NCBI GenBank assembly: GCA_025061115.1
Contig: JANZKC010000001.1
Span: 672,001-736,000, forward strand
Source of the DNA: Candidatus Culexmicrobium cathedralense
GTDB taxonomy: Archaea > Thermoproteota > Methanomethylicia > Culexarchaeales > Culexmicrobiaceae
DNA length: 64,000 bases
Direction of reading: 5' to 3'
Shown here: positions 1-10,175 of the stretch, in pieces
Numbering within the stretch: the first letter of the stretch is position 1
Layout of the letters: the number at the start of each line of letters is the position of its first letter
The notes under the pieces: model-generated
Databases searched by the model: none
What the model was told of the DNA's origin: nothing
Seen by the model: only the letters and a program-made list of their open reading frames with translations
Program-made: the position numbers and the translations under genes

Positions 1-75
1 TCGCACTACTTTAAATCCAAGCTTCCCTAAAGCCTTCAATGCCCTCCGAGGAGATACAGGATGTATGCGCGACAC
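1..75 (-). CDS. hicA: HicA-family toxin, N-terminus (runs off window edge)
   Basis: Manual translation from GTG at 75: MSRIHPVSPRRALKALGKLGFKVVR, typical HicA start (expected to continue QxGSH); GAGGAG RBS at 82-87 (minus). Confidence 0.75.
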   Translation of the reverse strand, partial: MSRIHPVSPRRALKALGKLGFKVVR

Positions 76-103
76 ATCAATCTCCTCACATTATTCATCC
101 ATG

Positions 104-1171
104 CTAATTTAAATGCCCCCTAAGGTTTGAAAAGTCAGAAAATAGTTGAGGCAATAGCTTTCTTTTTGCAGCGGGAGTTAACTTGTAAACCCAGCGAGGA
201 GGCATTGAAGATCTTTTCCCTGCTCTACGCCTATATGGCCAATAATCAATTAAAACAATACCCTTCTTTATAAGCTCTGTTAAAACTTCATTAAATGACC
301 TTTTACCATCAAATTCTCTTTTAACTTTATCATCTTCATATTCAACTACAGCTCTAAATTCAAGGCCATATCCTTTACTAAGCCATTTAAGAAAAGCCAT
401 AAAGTCAGATCGCTCTGACCCAGTTAAATAGCTAGAAACAAAATAATCTCCTTTTAAGAAGGAATTTTTGAATATGGGATATGCATAATCTGCACCCACT
501 ATCATTTCATGATAATAAGCCCTACTACTATAGAGATCAATGAAGACTAAGCCCATCCTAATAAGTCTCTCAATTAAATCTGACACATCATTCCTATCAA
601 GCATTATTCTCAACGTACGGGCAAAGCCGTTAGGTACAATATATCTTGTAAAGCCATGCTCTGAAAAGGGGTCACTAACAAAATATTGTGAAAGTAGCCA
701 AACTGCCTTTTTTACCTCTAAACACTCGTCTTCCAATTTCTCTTTTATATCTTCCTCAAACTTATCATAAACTCCATACATAAGGAGCCCATCTTTAACA
801 ATATCTCTAAGAAAAAGCCCATCAGAATATCCACTTAAACGTGGATCCACACCCATATCGCTCAATAAAGAATTAAGTCTGTCAACTATCTCAGTAGCTC
901 TTCCAGGATAAATTGTCTCCAGATTTCTTAGAATGTATCTTTCATTAAGTAAATCAGCCTTAAGATAAAGACAGAGCAACGCCTCCCAATCATCAGACTT
1001 GTAAAGAGAATGTATCAAATCTTCAATAGCCTTGGGTAAAACAGGTTCATTAAGTACTCTGCGAATTACTTCCCTAAAAATTTGAGCCCAATTAATATCC
1101 CTTCTCTCCTTCATTCTTTTCAAAAGCTCCTTAGGCAATCTAAAGGTGAACGTAGCAGACATACATATCAC
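104..1171 (-). CDS. Hypothetical protein, N-terminal ribbon-helix-helix domain fused to a large region with winged-helix-like segments
   Basis: N-terminus TFTFRLPKELLKRMKERRDINWAQIFREVI is RHH/antitoxin-like; LIERLIRMGLVF and VLTELIKKGIVL...YKLTPAAK resemble wHTH ends. Start may be ATG at 1162. Confidence 0.6.
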   Translation of the reverse strand: MICMSATFTFRLPKELLKRMKERRDINWAQIFREVIRRVLNEPVLPKAIEDLIHSLYKSDDWEALLCLYLKADLLNERYILRNLETIYPGRATEIVDRLNSLLSDMGVDPRLSGYSDGLFLRDIVKDGLLMYGVYDKFEEDIKEKLEDECLEVKKAVWLLSQYFVSDPFSEHGFTRYIVPNGFARTLRIMLDRNDVSDLIERLIRMGLVFIDLYSSRAYYHEMIVGADYAYPIFKNSFLKGDYFVSSYLTGSERSDFMAFLKWLSKGYGLEFRAVVEYEDDKVKREFDGKRSFNEVLTELIKKGIVLIDYWPYRRRAGKRSSMPPRWVYKLTPAAKRKLLPQLFSDFSNLRGHLN

Positions 1172-1210
1172 TACATGTATTTACATGTAAGACAACTATA
1201 AACCTTTCGC
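1162..1210 (-). promoter_or_regulatory. BRE/TATA promoter with TACATGTA operator repeats
   Basis: Palindromic TACATGTA at 1172 and 1182, degenerate TACATATC at 1162 (10-bp period); minus-strand GCGAAAGG-TTTATA at ~1197-1210. Confidence 0.6.
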
Positions 1211-1296
1211 TTAAAATATTGAATAAGCCGTGAATTAAATTCAAAATACTCATCAAACGCAAAGGTATAGTCTATAAGAGGGCACTCAGCAACACA

Positions 1297-2985
1297 CTAT
1301 GCCAACAACATAAAGAGGGGAGCTGGAATTGCTATAAAATCTTTATTTCTATAAAATTCCATACCTGCATAGACCAGTATTCCTCTAACCTTTAGCTGTT
1401 TACTTAATCGAACAAGTTTCTTTATATGATCACTATCAACTTTATTACCGGAATAGACTTCTATTGGAATAAGTCTTCCCTTAACATCTATTAGAAAATC
1501 TATTTCTCTACCAGGCTTCGACTTAAAATAGAACATTTTCCTTTTCAATAATCTAATATCCTGAATAATCTCTAAGGAAAAAATCATGTGAGCAATATTG
1601 CTTGCAACAACCATCTCTACAATAACGCCTCTCCACTCACTCAATCTACTCAAGACCAGAGAATATGGATCGCTACTTCCAGCACTTATAGCCTTGAAAG
1701 CATAGAACATCAGGGGATCCCAAAAGTAGAATTTTCTAGGACTCCTCAAAGGAGATTTACGCTTGCTAAAATCCTTTAATTTTCCTACTTCAATTAAAAC
1801 AAAGGCGTCTACAAGGTAATTCAAATATTGTCTGACTGTATTATGTGAAATTCCAAGCTTATTAGCCAATTTATTATCACTAATTTCCTTAACTGGAACG
1901 GCTTCAAAGGGTCCTCTTGGAGCCTCCAAAAGTTGATAGAGAATATCATATAGTGTATTTTCATTTAACCTCCACTTCATTGCATCCTTCACTGCAAGAT
2001 CTACAAAATCCAAATAAACACTAGGATGTATCCTCCCAAGAGTTAAGAACTGTCGAACTGCAAGAGGAAAACCTCCAGTTAGAAGGTAATCTTCAAAGTA
2101 TGCATAAAGCTCATTTAAGTAAGTTTCAGCCATCTCTAAAAAAGGCGGTATTCCACCATCCAGCCTAGTAAGCTCATTAAAGGCATCCAATCGCCTCTCA
2201 ACCTTCAAAAACTCTTTACTAATAAATAAACTTCTAATATCACGCTTACCAGCCAACATTTCCCTATAATATGCATATTCAGAAAACTTCATTGGAAGGA
2301 GTAATTTATCATTACCCCCCTCCAACATCACACCTTTCCTTAAGCCAAGAGTCTCAGCACCCTTCCTAACATCTAAGCTATGACTCCCAGTAACCAGCAA
2401 TTTAACATGGTTCCTAGTTAGAAGGCCAGAATCATATAAATCCTTAACAGCAAGTTGCCAATTCTTCAAACTACTAACCTCATCAAGAAAGATAAAAGTA
2501 TCACCAGGGCGATCCCTCCGCCTAATAATGAAATCTCGAATCACGTTAGCCAAGCCATTAACCCCACCCAATCCAGCCCTATCACAACGTATATAAGCTA
2601 TCTTCAAAGGATCAATTCGATTTAACAAAAGCTCTCTAATCAAAAGCTTAATCAAAGTAGTCTTTCCCACACGCCTAGGACCCCTCAAACTTACAAGAAC
2701 ATATTTCCCCTCAGCCTCAAGAAAATTCTTCCTTAAAAGATAGAGAAGACGCGGCGTCCAAATCTCACTAATCCTCAAAACCTTACCCGGACTCTTAAGC
2801 TCACTAATATGAGGATCACGCTCACCCATCACCTCAGTCAACGGAATCCTCAAACGCCTCACAATATCATCTCTAGAAAGACTCTCCGCCTCAACAGTTT
2901 TCATTAAATCCTCTAGAAGGCTTAGGAAATCAGGCCTCCACCACCAATTATCTTCAACTAGAAATGAGATTGACAAGTTTATCAT
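1297..2985 (-). CDS. AAA+ ATPase (AAA_14/DUF4143 type) with HTH and C-terminal nuclease-like domain
   Basis: Walker A GPRRVGKT, Walker B FIFLDE, VTGS, YLLTGGFP, HTH NKLANKLGISHNTVRQYL, C-terminal EIDFL...IPIEV. Confidence 0.85.
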   Translation of the reverse strand: MINLSISFLVEDNWWWRPDFLSLLEDLMKTVEAESLSRDDIVRRLRIPLTEVMGERDPHISELKSPGKVLRISEIWTPRLLYLLRKNFLEAEGKYVLVSLRGPRRVGKTTLIKLLIRELLLNRIDPLKIAYIRCDRAGLGGVNGLANVIRDFIIRRRDRPGDTFIFLDEVSSLKNWQLAVKDLYDSGLLTRNHVKLLVTGSHSLDVRKGAETLGLRKGVMLEGGNDKLLLPMKFSEYAYYREMLAGKRDIRSLFISKEFLKVERRLDAFNELTRLDGGIPPFLEMAETYLNELYAYFEDYLLTGGFPLAVRQFLTLGRIHPSVYLDFVDLAVKDAMKWRLNENTLYDILYQLLEAPRGPFEAVPVKEISDNKLANKLGISHNTVRQYLNYLVDAFVLIEVGKLKDFSKRKSPLRSPRKFYFWDPLMFYAFKAISAGSSDPYSLVLSRLSEWRGVIVEMVVASNIAHMIFSLEIIQDIRLLKRKMFYFKSKPGREIDFLIDVKGRLIPIEVYSGNKVDSDHIKKLVRLSKQLKVRGILVYAGMEFYRNKDFIAIPAPLFMLLA

Positions 2986-3013
2986 CCAATCTTGTCAATA
3001 AACTGACAAGATA
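2974..3013. repeat. 40-bp direct repeat copy 1, with palindromic core ATCTTGTCA-N6-TGACAAGAT
   Basis: 36/40 identical to 5824-5863; overlaps the ATPase start codon and abuts its TATA box. Confidence 0.85.
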
Positions 3014-3304
3014 TATAAATCTTACTCAACAACTCACAATTACAACACCACAAACCAAGCCAGTTTATCAATAAGCTCTTCCAATAGCTTATCAACTCTC
3101 TCAACCATCTCTTTAATATCTCTAAGCCCCCTCAAAAGCTCTAACAAACATAAGTAAAACACCGTCAATCAAGCATATATAGCTCAAACTTTTGAAACAA
3201 TCTGAAAGATTAAAATAAAAAATAAAATATTATATCTCAAATGAAATCATTATTCACAAGAAAAAGAATGCCAAAATATAAAAATAAATTAATAATTAAA
3301 TTTT

Positions 3305-3988
3305 ATGGGACTAAATATGAGCTCAGGAGCACGCCATGTAGTTATAGAGATGATTTCAGATAAACTTGGCTTTCCCTTCAATGAAGAAGAACTTTCTCCT
3401 AAAACTCGCAGGCAAATTGGAATAACATCCAAAAAAGTAGAGGAACTGACACATTTATTAGAGTTAAAAACTTCTTATGAAAGTAATTCGACGTCCTACT
3501 TCCTATACAGTTTCATAGCTGGGTTTTTCGGAGCAATACTCCTAATACCAGCGGCCTACAATCCACCCGAGCTTTCTTACCCTTTTACTATAATGAGCTG
3601 GCCATGCTTAGGAGCCTCATTCATTCTCTTTTGGAAAGCAATTGCAGACCATAATAGATCGAATGAAATTAAATCTAAGATCAATGCCCTAGAGGACACA
3701 ATCCTTGAAGAAGTCTCACATTTAGCTGATCTAGTTAACGCTGAAATCTCACTACTATACGAGTCTCGTATAAGGCCTACAATTAGACATGTCAGCATAG
3801 ATTTTGCAAAGATAATGGAGGTCGCCAAAAATCTAGGAATAACGCTTGAGACCATCGAATGCCCACATTGCGGCGGATCCCTAAAGCTACCGAAAACAGG
3901 CGACTACCTTAAATGCCCGTATTGCGGCAAAACAATAAAAGTCATAGATGTCTTTGATAAATTAAAAGAAATTTTAAGCAGCATCTGA
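3305..3988 (+). CDS. Two-TM membrane protein with C-terminal zinc ribbon
   Basis: Two hydrophobic segments, coiled coil, CPHCGG...CPYCG. Confidence 0.75.
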   Translation: MGLNMSSGARHVVIEMISDKLGFPFNEEELSPKTRRQIGITSKKVEELTHLLELKTSYESNSTSYFLYSFIAGFFGAILLIPAAYNPPELSYPFTIMSWPCLGASFILFWKAIADHNRSNEIKSKINALEDTILEEVSHLADLVNAEISLLYESRIRPTIRHVSIDFAKIMEVAKNLGITLETIECPHCGGSLKLPKTGDYLKCPYCGKTIKVIDVFDKLKEILSSI

Positions 3989-4051
3989 ACGTTCGATCGA
4001 TAATAAAACATTGCAATCTCAAAATAGCAAGAAACACTTGGAAGATCAAAA

Positions 4052-4264
4052 ATGACCTACGGTAAAGCAATAATTAGATATAAAGGAGCACACCCCATAC
4101 TCTTCACATTCACAGCACTATCCGCAGGAATAGGAGCAATACGAGGATATAAAACAAAAGGTATTACAGGTGCGATAATAGAAGGCGCCTTAGGAGGAAT
4201 AGTTGGAGCCATCCTTGGCGGCATACTAGAAACACTACCAAAAGCAGTAGTTATTAAATACTAA
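4052..4264 (+). CDS. Small glycine-zipper membrane protein
   Basis: GAIIEGALGGIVGAILGG GxxxG repeats. Confidence 0.55.
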   Translation: MTYGKAIIRYKGAHPILFTFTALSAGIGAIRGYKTKGITGAIIEGALGGIVGAILGGILETLPKAVVIKY

Positions 4265-4525
4265 GAAAACTCTATAAACTGTAAAAATTAAAATAGCATC
4301 GAAGATTTACCACAGTCAATTACGTGGAATAGTAAAAGAGGGTGATTGGGAGAATGAGCTAAATAGGCTTAATGAATTCTTAGTTAAGATAGCTAAAGTG
4401 ACGCAGAAGCGAGGTATGTCTAGAAAGCTTCACATAATATGACTATTGCTTGACTTAACTGGATAATTTAACGAACTTAACTTATATAACGCATTGCTAC
4501 ACTACTACATATAGGTGTAATTGAC

Positions 4526-4840
4526 ATGGAAGCAATTTCACAGCACTTCCTACTAAGATATATGACAAGTACTCTAGGTGAAAGAAAGACGTTCGACAGG
4601 TCATATGTAGTTGATAGTGCACGAGGCACTACTGACACCTTACACTTCACTCAAATATCACTAGATGAAGAGGCAGGAGCGCTATATATAAAGCTGAAAA
4701 ATGGAAAAATAGCAAAAACATTGGAAAGTGAAGATCTAATGCTAATAGACTTAGATGATGAAGGCAAAGTTATTGGAATAGAAGTTTTAACAAGCAATAA
4801 AGAAATATTGAGAGCACTATCAAGAACTCTTAGGCCATAA
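4526..4840 (+). CDS. DUF2283-family protein (putative antitoxin)
   Basis: DEEAGALYIKL...IDLDDEGKVIGIEVL signature. Confidence 0.75.
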   Translation: MEAISQHFLLRYMTSTLGERKTFDRSYVVDSARGTTDTLHFTQISLDEEAGALYIKLKNGKIAKTLESEDLMLIDLDDEGKVIGIEVLTSNKEILRALSRTLRP

Positions 4841-5113
4841 AGTTATAAGCTTGAAACAACGAGCAGTCTTTTCTAAAACAACCTTCAACACCACCTTCTC
4901 ACTAACTTCAATTATGGCGTGATATCTAGGACCTTCAACACCCTTATGCTTAACATCTTCAACAAGCTTACCTTGACTAAGCTGGGACTTTAAAACTTCA
5001 AGAAGATCTTCAAAGTTTAAGTATTGGGAAATATAACGATTTTCAAACCTGTAAATGAAATGATCAGTCCACTGCAAAGTTTCACAAGTCATCGGATCAT
5101 CCTTACTTAGCAA
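4820..5113 (-). CDS. DUF4258-like / RelE-BrnT-fold putative RNase toxin
   Basis: WTDHFIYRFENRYI start and LKVVLE...KLITLWP end fit this family. Confidence 0.55.
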   Translation of the reverse strand: MLSKDDPMTCETLQWTDHFIYRFENRYISQYLNFEDLLEVLKSQLSQGKLVEDVKHKGVEGPRYHAIIEVSEKVVLKVVLEKTARCFKLITLWPKSS

Positions 5114-5618
5114 TCTTTACCAGTACGAGTGGAGACCAGCGAACATTGTACACTGGGTTGCCGTCATTGTCCCGATATTCAAGAGTTCTACTCACAATGG
5201 TTGGCTCTATCTCAACAATTACCCTATACTTTAAGCCATCACTCCCAAAATACAAAACTTCTTCAACAGCCTTTTCAGCTTCAACTATATCGACAAACTC
5301 CCATATCTCCAAGTTTTTCAAATGCTCACCGCCTCTTGGAACAGGCTTATTTGAAACTCTCACCCGCAACTCCCTTGGAGCAGAAGCCGCTATAACAACA
5401 TTAAAACCCACACCCAACGACAAACCTGTGGGCGACTTCTCCAACTCATCTATCTTCGTAATAGTAACTCTGACAGTCAATACAGACTTATCGGACAAGA
5501 CAACATAACCAGGCTTGTTCCTTAAAACTTCAAACTTAGCAATATTGCTCAAAACATTCACCACTGAAATAATCGAAGAGAATACATATATAAAGTAAGC
5601 GAACAAAAGCTCTAACAT
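5103..5618 (-). CDS. Hypothetical protein
   Basis: 171-aa ORF overlapping the start of the next gene; no family recognised; true start may be internal. Confidence 0.6.
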   Translation of the reverse strand: MLELLFAYFIYVFSSIISVVNVLSNIAKFEVLRNKPGYVVLSDKSVLTVRVTITKIDELEKSPTGLSLGVGFNVVIAASAPRELRVRVSNKPVPRGGEHLKNLEIWEFVDIVEAEKAVEEVLYFGSDGLKYRVIVEIEPTIVSRTLEYRDNDGNPVYNVRWSPLVLVKIAK

Positions 5619-5823
5619 CTAAATAAACAAACATAAATTGTATCTTAGGTTAATATCCAGCGAAATAAACCGAAAGCAATCACTAAGCATCACCACTTCA
5701 AACCGTCACTTCAATTATGACCGATATAAAATGAAGTTAGGGTTACGCATTAATTACCGTTCTAAAGAACATGCTGTACAAAGAGAATATAGTTTCAATA
5801 AGGCGAAAGAACTGAACCACCCT

Positions 5824-5863
5824 CAAGTTTAACATCAAATTTTGTCAATAAACTTACAAGATA
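5824..5863. repeat. 40-bp direct repeat copy 2
   Basis: 36/40 identical to 2974-3013, exactly 2850 bp downstream. Confidence 0.85.
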
Positions 5864-6040
5864 AAGTTACTGATATATCCACGCAAAATCAAGGCTCAAC
5901 GCTATTATAAGTCAAAGCCTGTAATAACCAGTACTTAAGAAACAATTATCAAAGAGTGCCCAGCGATATACTCGTAGAGTATAGTGAAAACCTCTGTAAA
6001 GAAGCCCACCTGAATTCAGCCTACAAGCCGGTGAGGCTGC

Positions 6041-7050
6041 TTGAAAAAGAAAGCTGCTGTAATCGGCTTAGATGGGCTGTCGTGGAATTATCTTGACAAG
6101 CTCATCAACAATGGCATTATGCCCTATACGAAAACACTTCTAAACAAGGCATTCAAGACGGAGCTGGAGTGCATACCGCCAGTCACACTACCATCTTGGA
6201 CGAGCATAATGACTGGAGTAAATCCAGGCAAGCACGGAATTTTCGGCTTCTTCACATACGATAAATCAACTTGGAAGCAGATCTTAACATCAGCCTATCA
6301 CGTAGAATACCCTAGAATTCACGAAATGCTTTCAATGAACGGTGCAAAGAGCATAATCTTCAACCCAATGCCCGACTACCCCATCATACCCGCAAGAAAC
6401 ACAATACAAATAAGCAACCTATTCTTCACACCGAAACCCGTCTCCTACCCAGCTGAAGCCTACAAGAAATTCTTTGGAGAAGAAAACCCTAAGGAGGTCA
6501 AGAAAGATGCGACGTGCAACTACTTGAACAAATACATACACGTTATCGAGCTGCATGAAGAGGCTGTCGATAAAGCCATAAATGAAGACCACACCCTCCT
6601 ATGGATTAACCTAAACATCCCCGACAGCCTATTCCACAGATGCCCAAAATAATAGAAACCGACGAACTACTCCCAAGCGAGAGAAGAATATTCAGAGAAG
6701 TAGACAAGCTAATCAAATCACTAAGAGAAACCCACGAAAACCTAGTCATAGTCTCCGACCACGGCTACGCAACATACAACAAGCTAATATCCGTCAACGA
6801 CATCCTCATAAAACACAAACTAGCAAACGCAACCAAAATAAACAAAATAAGCGAGATAAGCGACTACAAAAAACCTAAAAGACATGCAAAGCCAAAGTCC
6901 ACTAAGATAATAGATGTCAACCCAAAAATTTACAGTCTAATCAGAAAACTACACCTATCACGCATCACCCGCTCAACCCTAAACATAATCTCCACAATAG
7001 TAGGACGAAAAATAAGGGTCAAAACGTCAAGATGGGTACGAGGTGTGTAA
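6041..7050 (+). pseudogene. Alkaline phosphatase superfamily phosphodiesterase, frameshifted (~6645) and 3'-truncated
   Basis: VIGLDG, PPVTLPSWTSIMTGVNPGKHGIFGF in first ORF; IVSDHGY in second frame. Confidence 0.8.
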
Positions 7051-7444
7051 AGTGAGAGTTCTTATTTGCCACCGTAGTCTAAATAGTGCAGGTGGCGGTG
7101 AGAGGGTAGCGCTTCACATCATTAAGTTAGCTCAGGACATGGGCTTCGACGTCGAGCTAGCAACGACTGAGCCAACAGATTGGGATCACGTTCAGAACAT
7201 CATAGGGATTCAGCTTGATAGGATCCCTAAGGAGCATAGCTTACTGCCATTTAGGTTGAGGGCCTTCGGGATCTACCAGCGCTTCCTAACTGGGGTTCAC
7301 GCTAGCAGGCTTAGAAGGAGGTCCAACTTGACAGTTAATACTCACGGGGATGTCATGGCGCTTCCAGCAGACATGACCTACCTCCACTTCCCCGTCTTAG
7401 CTTACTGGAGGAGGGGGGAGCTTAAGCTATACAGCTCCTTCTAG
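7043..7444 (+). pseudogene. GT4 (ALG11-like) glycosyltransferase, N-terminal fragment
   Basis: GGGERVA and YLHFP motifs; stops at 133 aa without the catalytic C-terminal domain. Confidence 0.75.
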
Positions 7445-7541
7445 ACTTATAGGCTCCTTAACATGACATGTAGCATGAACGCTATAACCATGTTCACTTA
7501 CCTAACGCTGCAATTCAATCCTATTAACAAACTCACAATTT

Positions 7542-7967
7542 TCACTTGCATTTCTGAATTAATTCCCCTAAATCTACCACCTTTACCAGTTTTTCAGCCT
7601 TTTCCCTAAGTTTTCTATCCTCTGTTACCAGTATTAAGTTATTCTTTTGAGCCAAGACTATGTATGAGGCATCATAAGTAGTTATCCCCAGCTCTAAGGC
7701 TTTTACTAAAACATCAGCTTCGCATGGATGGACATCTAGTATTTCCAAATATTCCAATGCACTTTTAAACACCTCTATAAATTCCATAGCTTCTTCATAA
7801 GTCAAATTCTTAGTTAAATATGCTTCCTTCCATATAGCGTTTAAAACTTCATAAATCGCCAATTGCTGAGTATAACTACCATAAATAAGAGCCACACGCT
7901 TAAGCTTTAACACATAAACCAAGGAAGATGCATCAAACAAGTATTTATCAGCCAATCTTGAAATCAC
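7542..7967 (-). CDS. vapC: VapC PIN-domain toxin
   Basis: YLFDAS, YEVLNAIWK, ITTYDASYI, LVTED. Confidence 0.9.
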   Translation of the reverse strand: MISRLADKYLFDASSLVYVLKLKRVALIYGSYTQQLAIYEVLNAIWKEAYLTKNLTYEEAMEFIEVFKSALEYLEILDVHPCEADVLVKALELGITTYDASYIVLAQKNNLILVTEDRKLREKAEKLVKVVDLGELIQKCK

Positions 7968-8203
7968 CTACCCCTATCCTCCCTAATACTATCAACAATC
8001 CTATGAATGTCAATCTTATCTAGAACCCTCGCCATCTCATCAAGCCTCCTACGCAGTTCATCCAATTCACGCTTCCTAACCTCCTCCTCCAATGCCCTCC
8101 TCAAAACTTCTGAAATCCTTATCCCCAGCCTCTCAGCCCTCTCCTTCAATTCCCTCCTCACCTTAGTTGAAATAGTAACATACCTACCCATAATTACCAC
8201 CAT
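7964..8203 (-). CDS. vapB: VapB antitoxin (RHH)
   Basis: YVTISTKVRRELKERAERLGIRISEVLRRALEEE; overlaps vapC. Confidence 0.85.
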   Translation of the reverse strand: MVVIMGRYVTISTKVRRELKERAERLGIRISEVLRRALEEEVRKRELDELRRRLDEMARVLDKIDIHRIVDSIREDRGR

Positions 8204-8233
8204 AAAAGTAGTAAATAAAAGTAGTAAATAAAA
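8202..8233. promoter_or_regulatory. 13-bp tandem repeat, probable vapBC operator
   Basis: ATAAAAGTAGTAA twice plus ATAAAA immediately upstream of vapB. Confidence 0.55.
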
Positions 8234-8412
8234 CTTTCACCAAAATACCAAATCAACAATCATACAAGCAGCCATAAACTCGCCTACCCATCTCCACAAA
8301 AACCAATAAAAGGTAACAAAATGAAAATCATAGTTGATGACTTAAAAAACAACTCATACCCATAATAATCACCATACAGGCAATATTAGCGGTTATTCTA
8401 TCGTTAAGTGCA

Positions 8413-9198
8413 TTGAATGTTAAGCATTACCAGAAGATATACAGAACAACTGTTAAAGTTGCATTCAGAATAAAGTACGACTTCACCATATCGATAATAG
8501 CGTTAGCATTACTCACTGCAATCTACTTAGCTTGGAAAAGAGAATTTCACGTGCTACTTTTAACAGCTTTGATATCGATTTTAGCCTACTTCATGAGAAG
8601 CTTTAGAGATTCAGTGATAGTAGCAACATTAATGCTCTCGGCATTCACAGCAGTAAGAATGAAGAAGAATGAAGACTGCGCATTCTGGGCATTAGCTTTT
8701 TGGACTAGCTTGGAGATGGTTACATTATTGCACTGGGGAATATTAAAGCCAATGTTGAATGTGGATGTACTTCAGACTTTAGCCAACTTCGAGCACAAAA
8801 TTTTCAGCGTAACAGCAATCCTAACACTCCCAACTCCACTAACCATACTGTTCATGTGGATTCTAAAGCCAATAGCAAAACAGTACGTACAGTCAATAAA
8901 AGATGTTGTTCAGCTAATTAGAGGAGAAACTGAAGAGCAGGTAAGAAGTTCAGCCCCACTAAAAATTGGCTGGATGCCGATACTCGCAGTCGCGGCAATA
9001 TTTTCGATAGTGACGGCAATCTACCCATACTGCTTGAGCAATGCTACAACAGTAAAGCACATGCCTCTTTTAATACATTCAATCCTAACAGTATCAGCAT
9101 TCATTCTGGTTTTGAAGGCAGTTGGAGATAAGGAGTGGGCCACCCTCTCAGCCCAACTAACAGCAGGAATCATGACGGTATCAGACATGTACGCTTAA
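8413..9198 (+). CDS. Polytopic membrane protein, probably a degraded fragment
   Basis: Multiple hydrophobic helices; N-terminal coding appears to start in another frame near 8321. Confidence 0.5.
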   Translation: MNVKHYQKIYRTTVKVAFRIKYDFTISIIALALLTAIYLAWKREFHVLLLTALISILAYFMRSFRDSVIVATLMLSAFTAVRMKKNEDCAFWALAFWTSLEMVTLLHWGILKPMLNVDVLQTLANFEHKIFSVTAILTLPTPLTILFMWILKPIAKQYVQSIKDVVQLIRGETEEQVRSSAPLKIGWMPILAVAAIFSIVTAIYPYCLSNATTVKHMPLLIHSILTVSAFILVLKAVGDKEWATLSAQLTAGIMTVSDMYA

Positions 9199-9359
9199 AA
9201 TACTGGCAAACACTTTTAATGTAATATCTTAACTAGAGAAGATAGACTAAATATGAAGAAAATAGTTCAATAGTACCTTATTATTGTCAAATATTTATAA
9301 TTATTAAAATAGTTAACCTTAAGTATTTGTTTTCAAAAATATCATGGTGTTACTAAATC

Positions 9360-10175
9360 ATGAGAAGATTGAGACATCTATATACACTAAAAGTTCCTGA
9401 AAAAACGTTAGAAATCAATGTCTCACATGAGCTACTTACGTCAATAAGATATAGATTAAATGCTAGGAGAAGTTATGTATATGGATTTTCTATGAGGCAA
9501 GAAGCCACTGCAGGACTTGATGTGACCATAAATGTGCCTCAATTTAGGATTATATTGGGTTTGCAGTTTAAGGCACCTCGCTCTAAAAAATTTATTCTAT
9601 ATTATTTCCGCATAGCTGATAAGGCTAGAAGGGGATGTAGTTCTTTAACCTATAGTGATAAAATCCGTCATAAATGTTTAAATCAGCACATCGCCATGCT
9701 AATATCAGCAATAGCATTAAAAATAGCTTACCGCTATGATCCGCCACCAATATTCTATGCACTTCCATTAATCTATGACGCTCAAGAACTCGAAACAAAT
9801 GCAACAAACCTACTCGATAGAACAAAGTTCATAAATATAACAGCTTTTCCTCCAATGACATTTATAGACTGCCAAACACACGAGATAACAATAAATGAGA
9901 GAACAGGTAAAACACTAGTACACTCAACTTCAACTGAAATAAAAGCAATTAACGCAAAAGAGCTCATAGAAATACTTAGAAAGCTTTTAGAAGAACATGA
10001 AACCATTAAGAAGCAAAAAACAATCATAATACCAATAAAAGAACTTAAGAAAAATCTAGAAGAGCAAATACTAGAAAAACTACCAAAAGAAAAACAAGAA
10101 TATGCTGAAAAAACTATTGACGAAATATTAAAAACAAACTATAAATTCCGCATACCAATAATAGTCATACCATAA
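9360..10175 (+). CDS. Putative PD-(D/E)xK restriction-endonuclease-like protein
   Basis: QEATAGLDVTI...LGLQFKAP resembles an E..G.D...QxK nuclease core. Confidence 0.5.
   Translation: MRRLRHLYTLKVPEKTLEINVSHELLTSIRYRLNARRSYVYGFSMRQEATAGLDVTINVPQFRIILGLQFKAPRSKKFILYYFRIADKARRGCSSLTYSDKIRHKCLNQHIAMLISAIALKIAYRYDPPPIFYALPLIYDAQELETNATNLLDRTKFINITAFPPMTFIDCQTHEITINERTGKTLVHSTSTEIKAINAKELIEILRKLLEEHETIKKQKTIIIPIKELKKNLEEQILEKLPKEKQEYAEKTIDEILKTNYKFRIPIIVIP

Noticed and set aside
3133-3146. 14-bp match CAAAAGCTCTAACA also at 5604-5617
   Set aside because: Short, both read LLELL on the minus strand, no boundary logic; likely coincidence.
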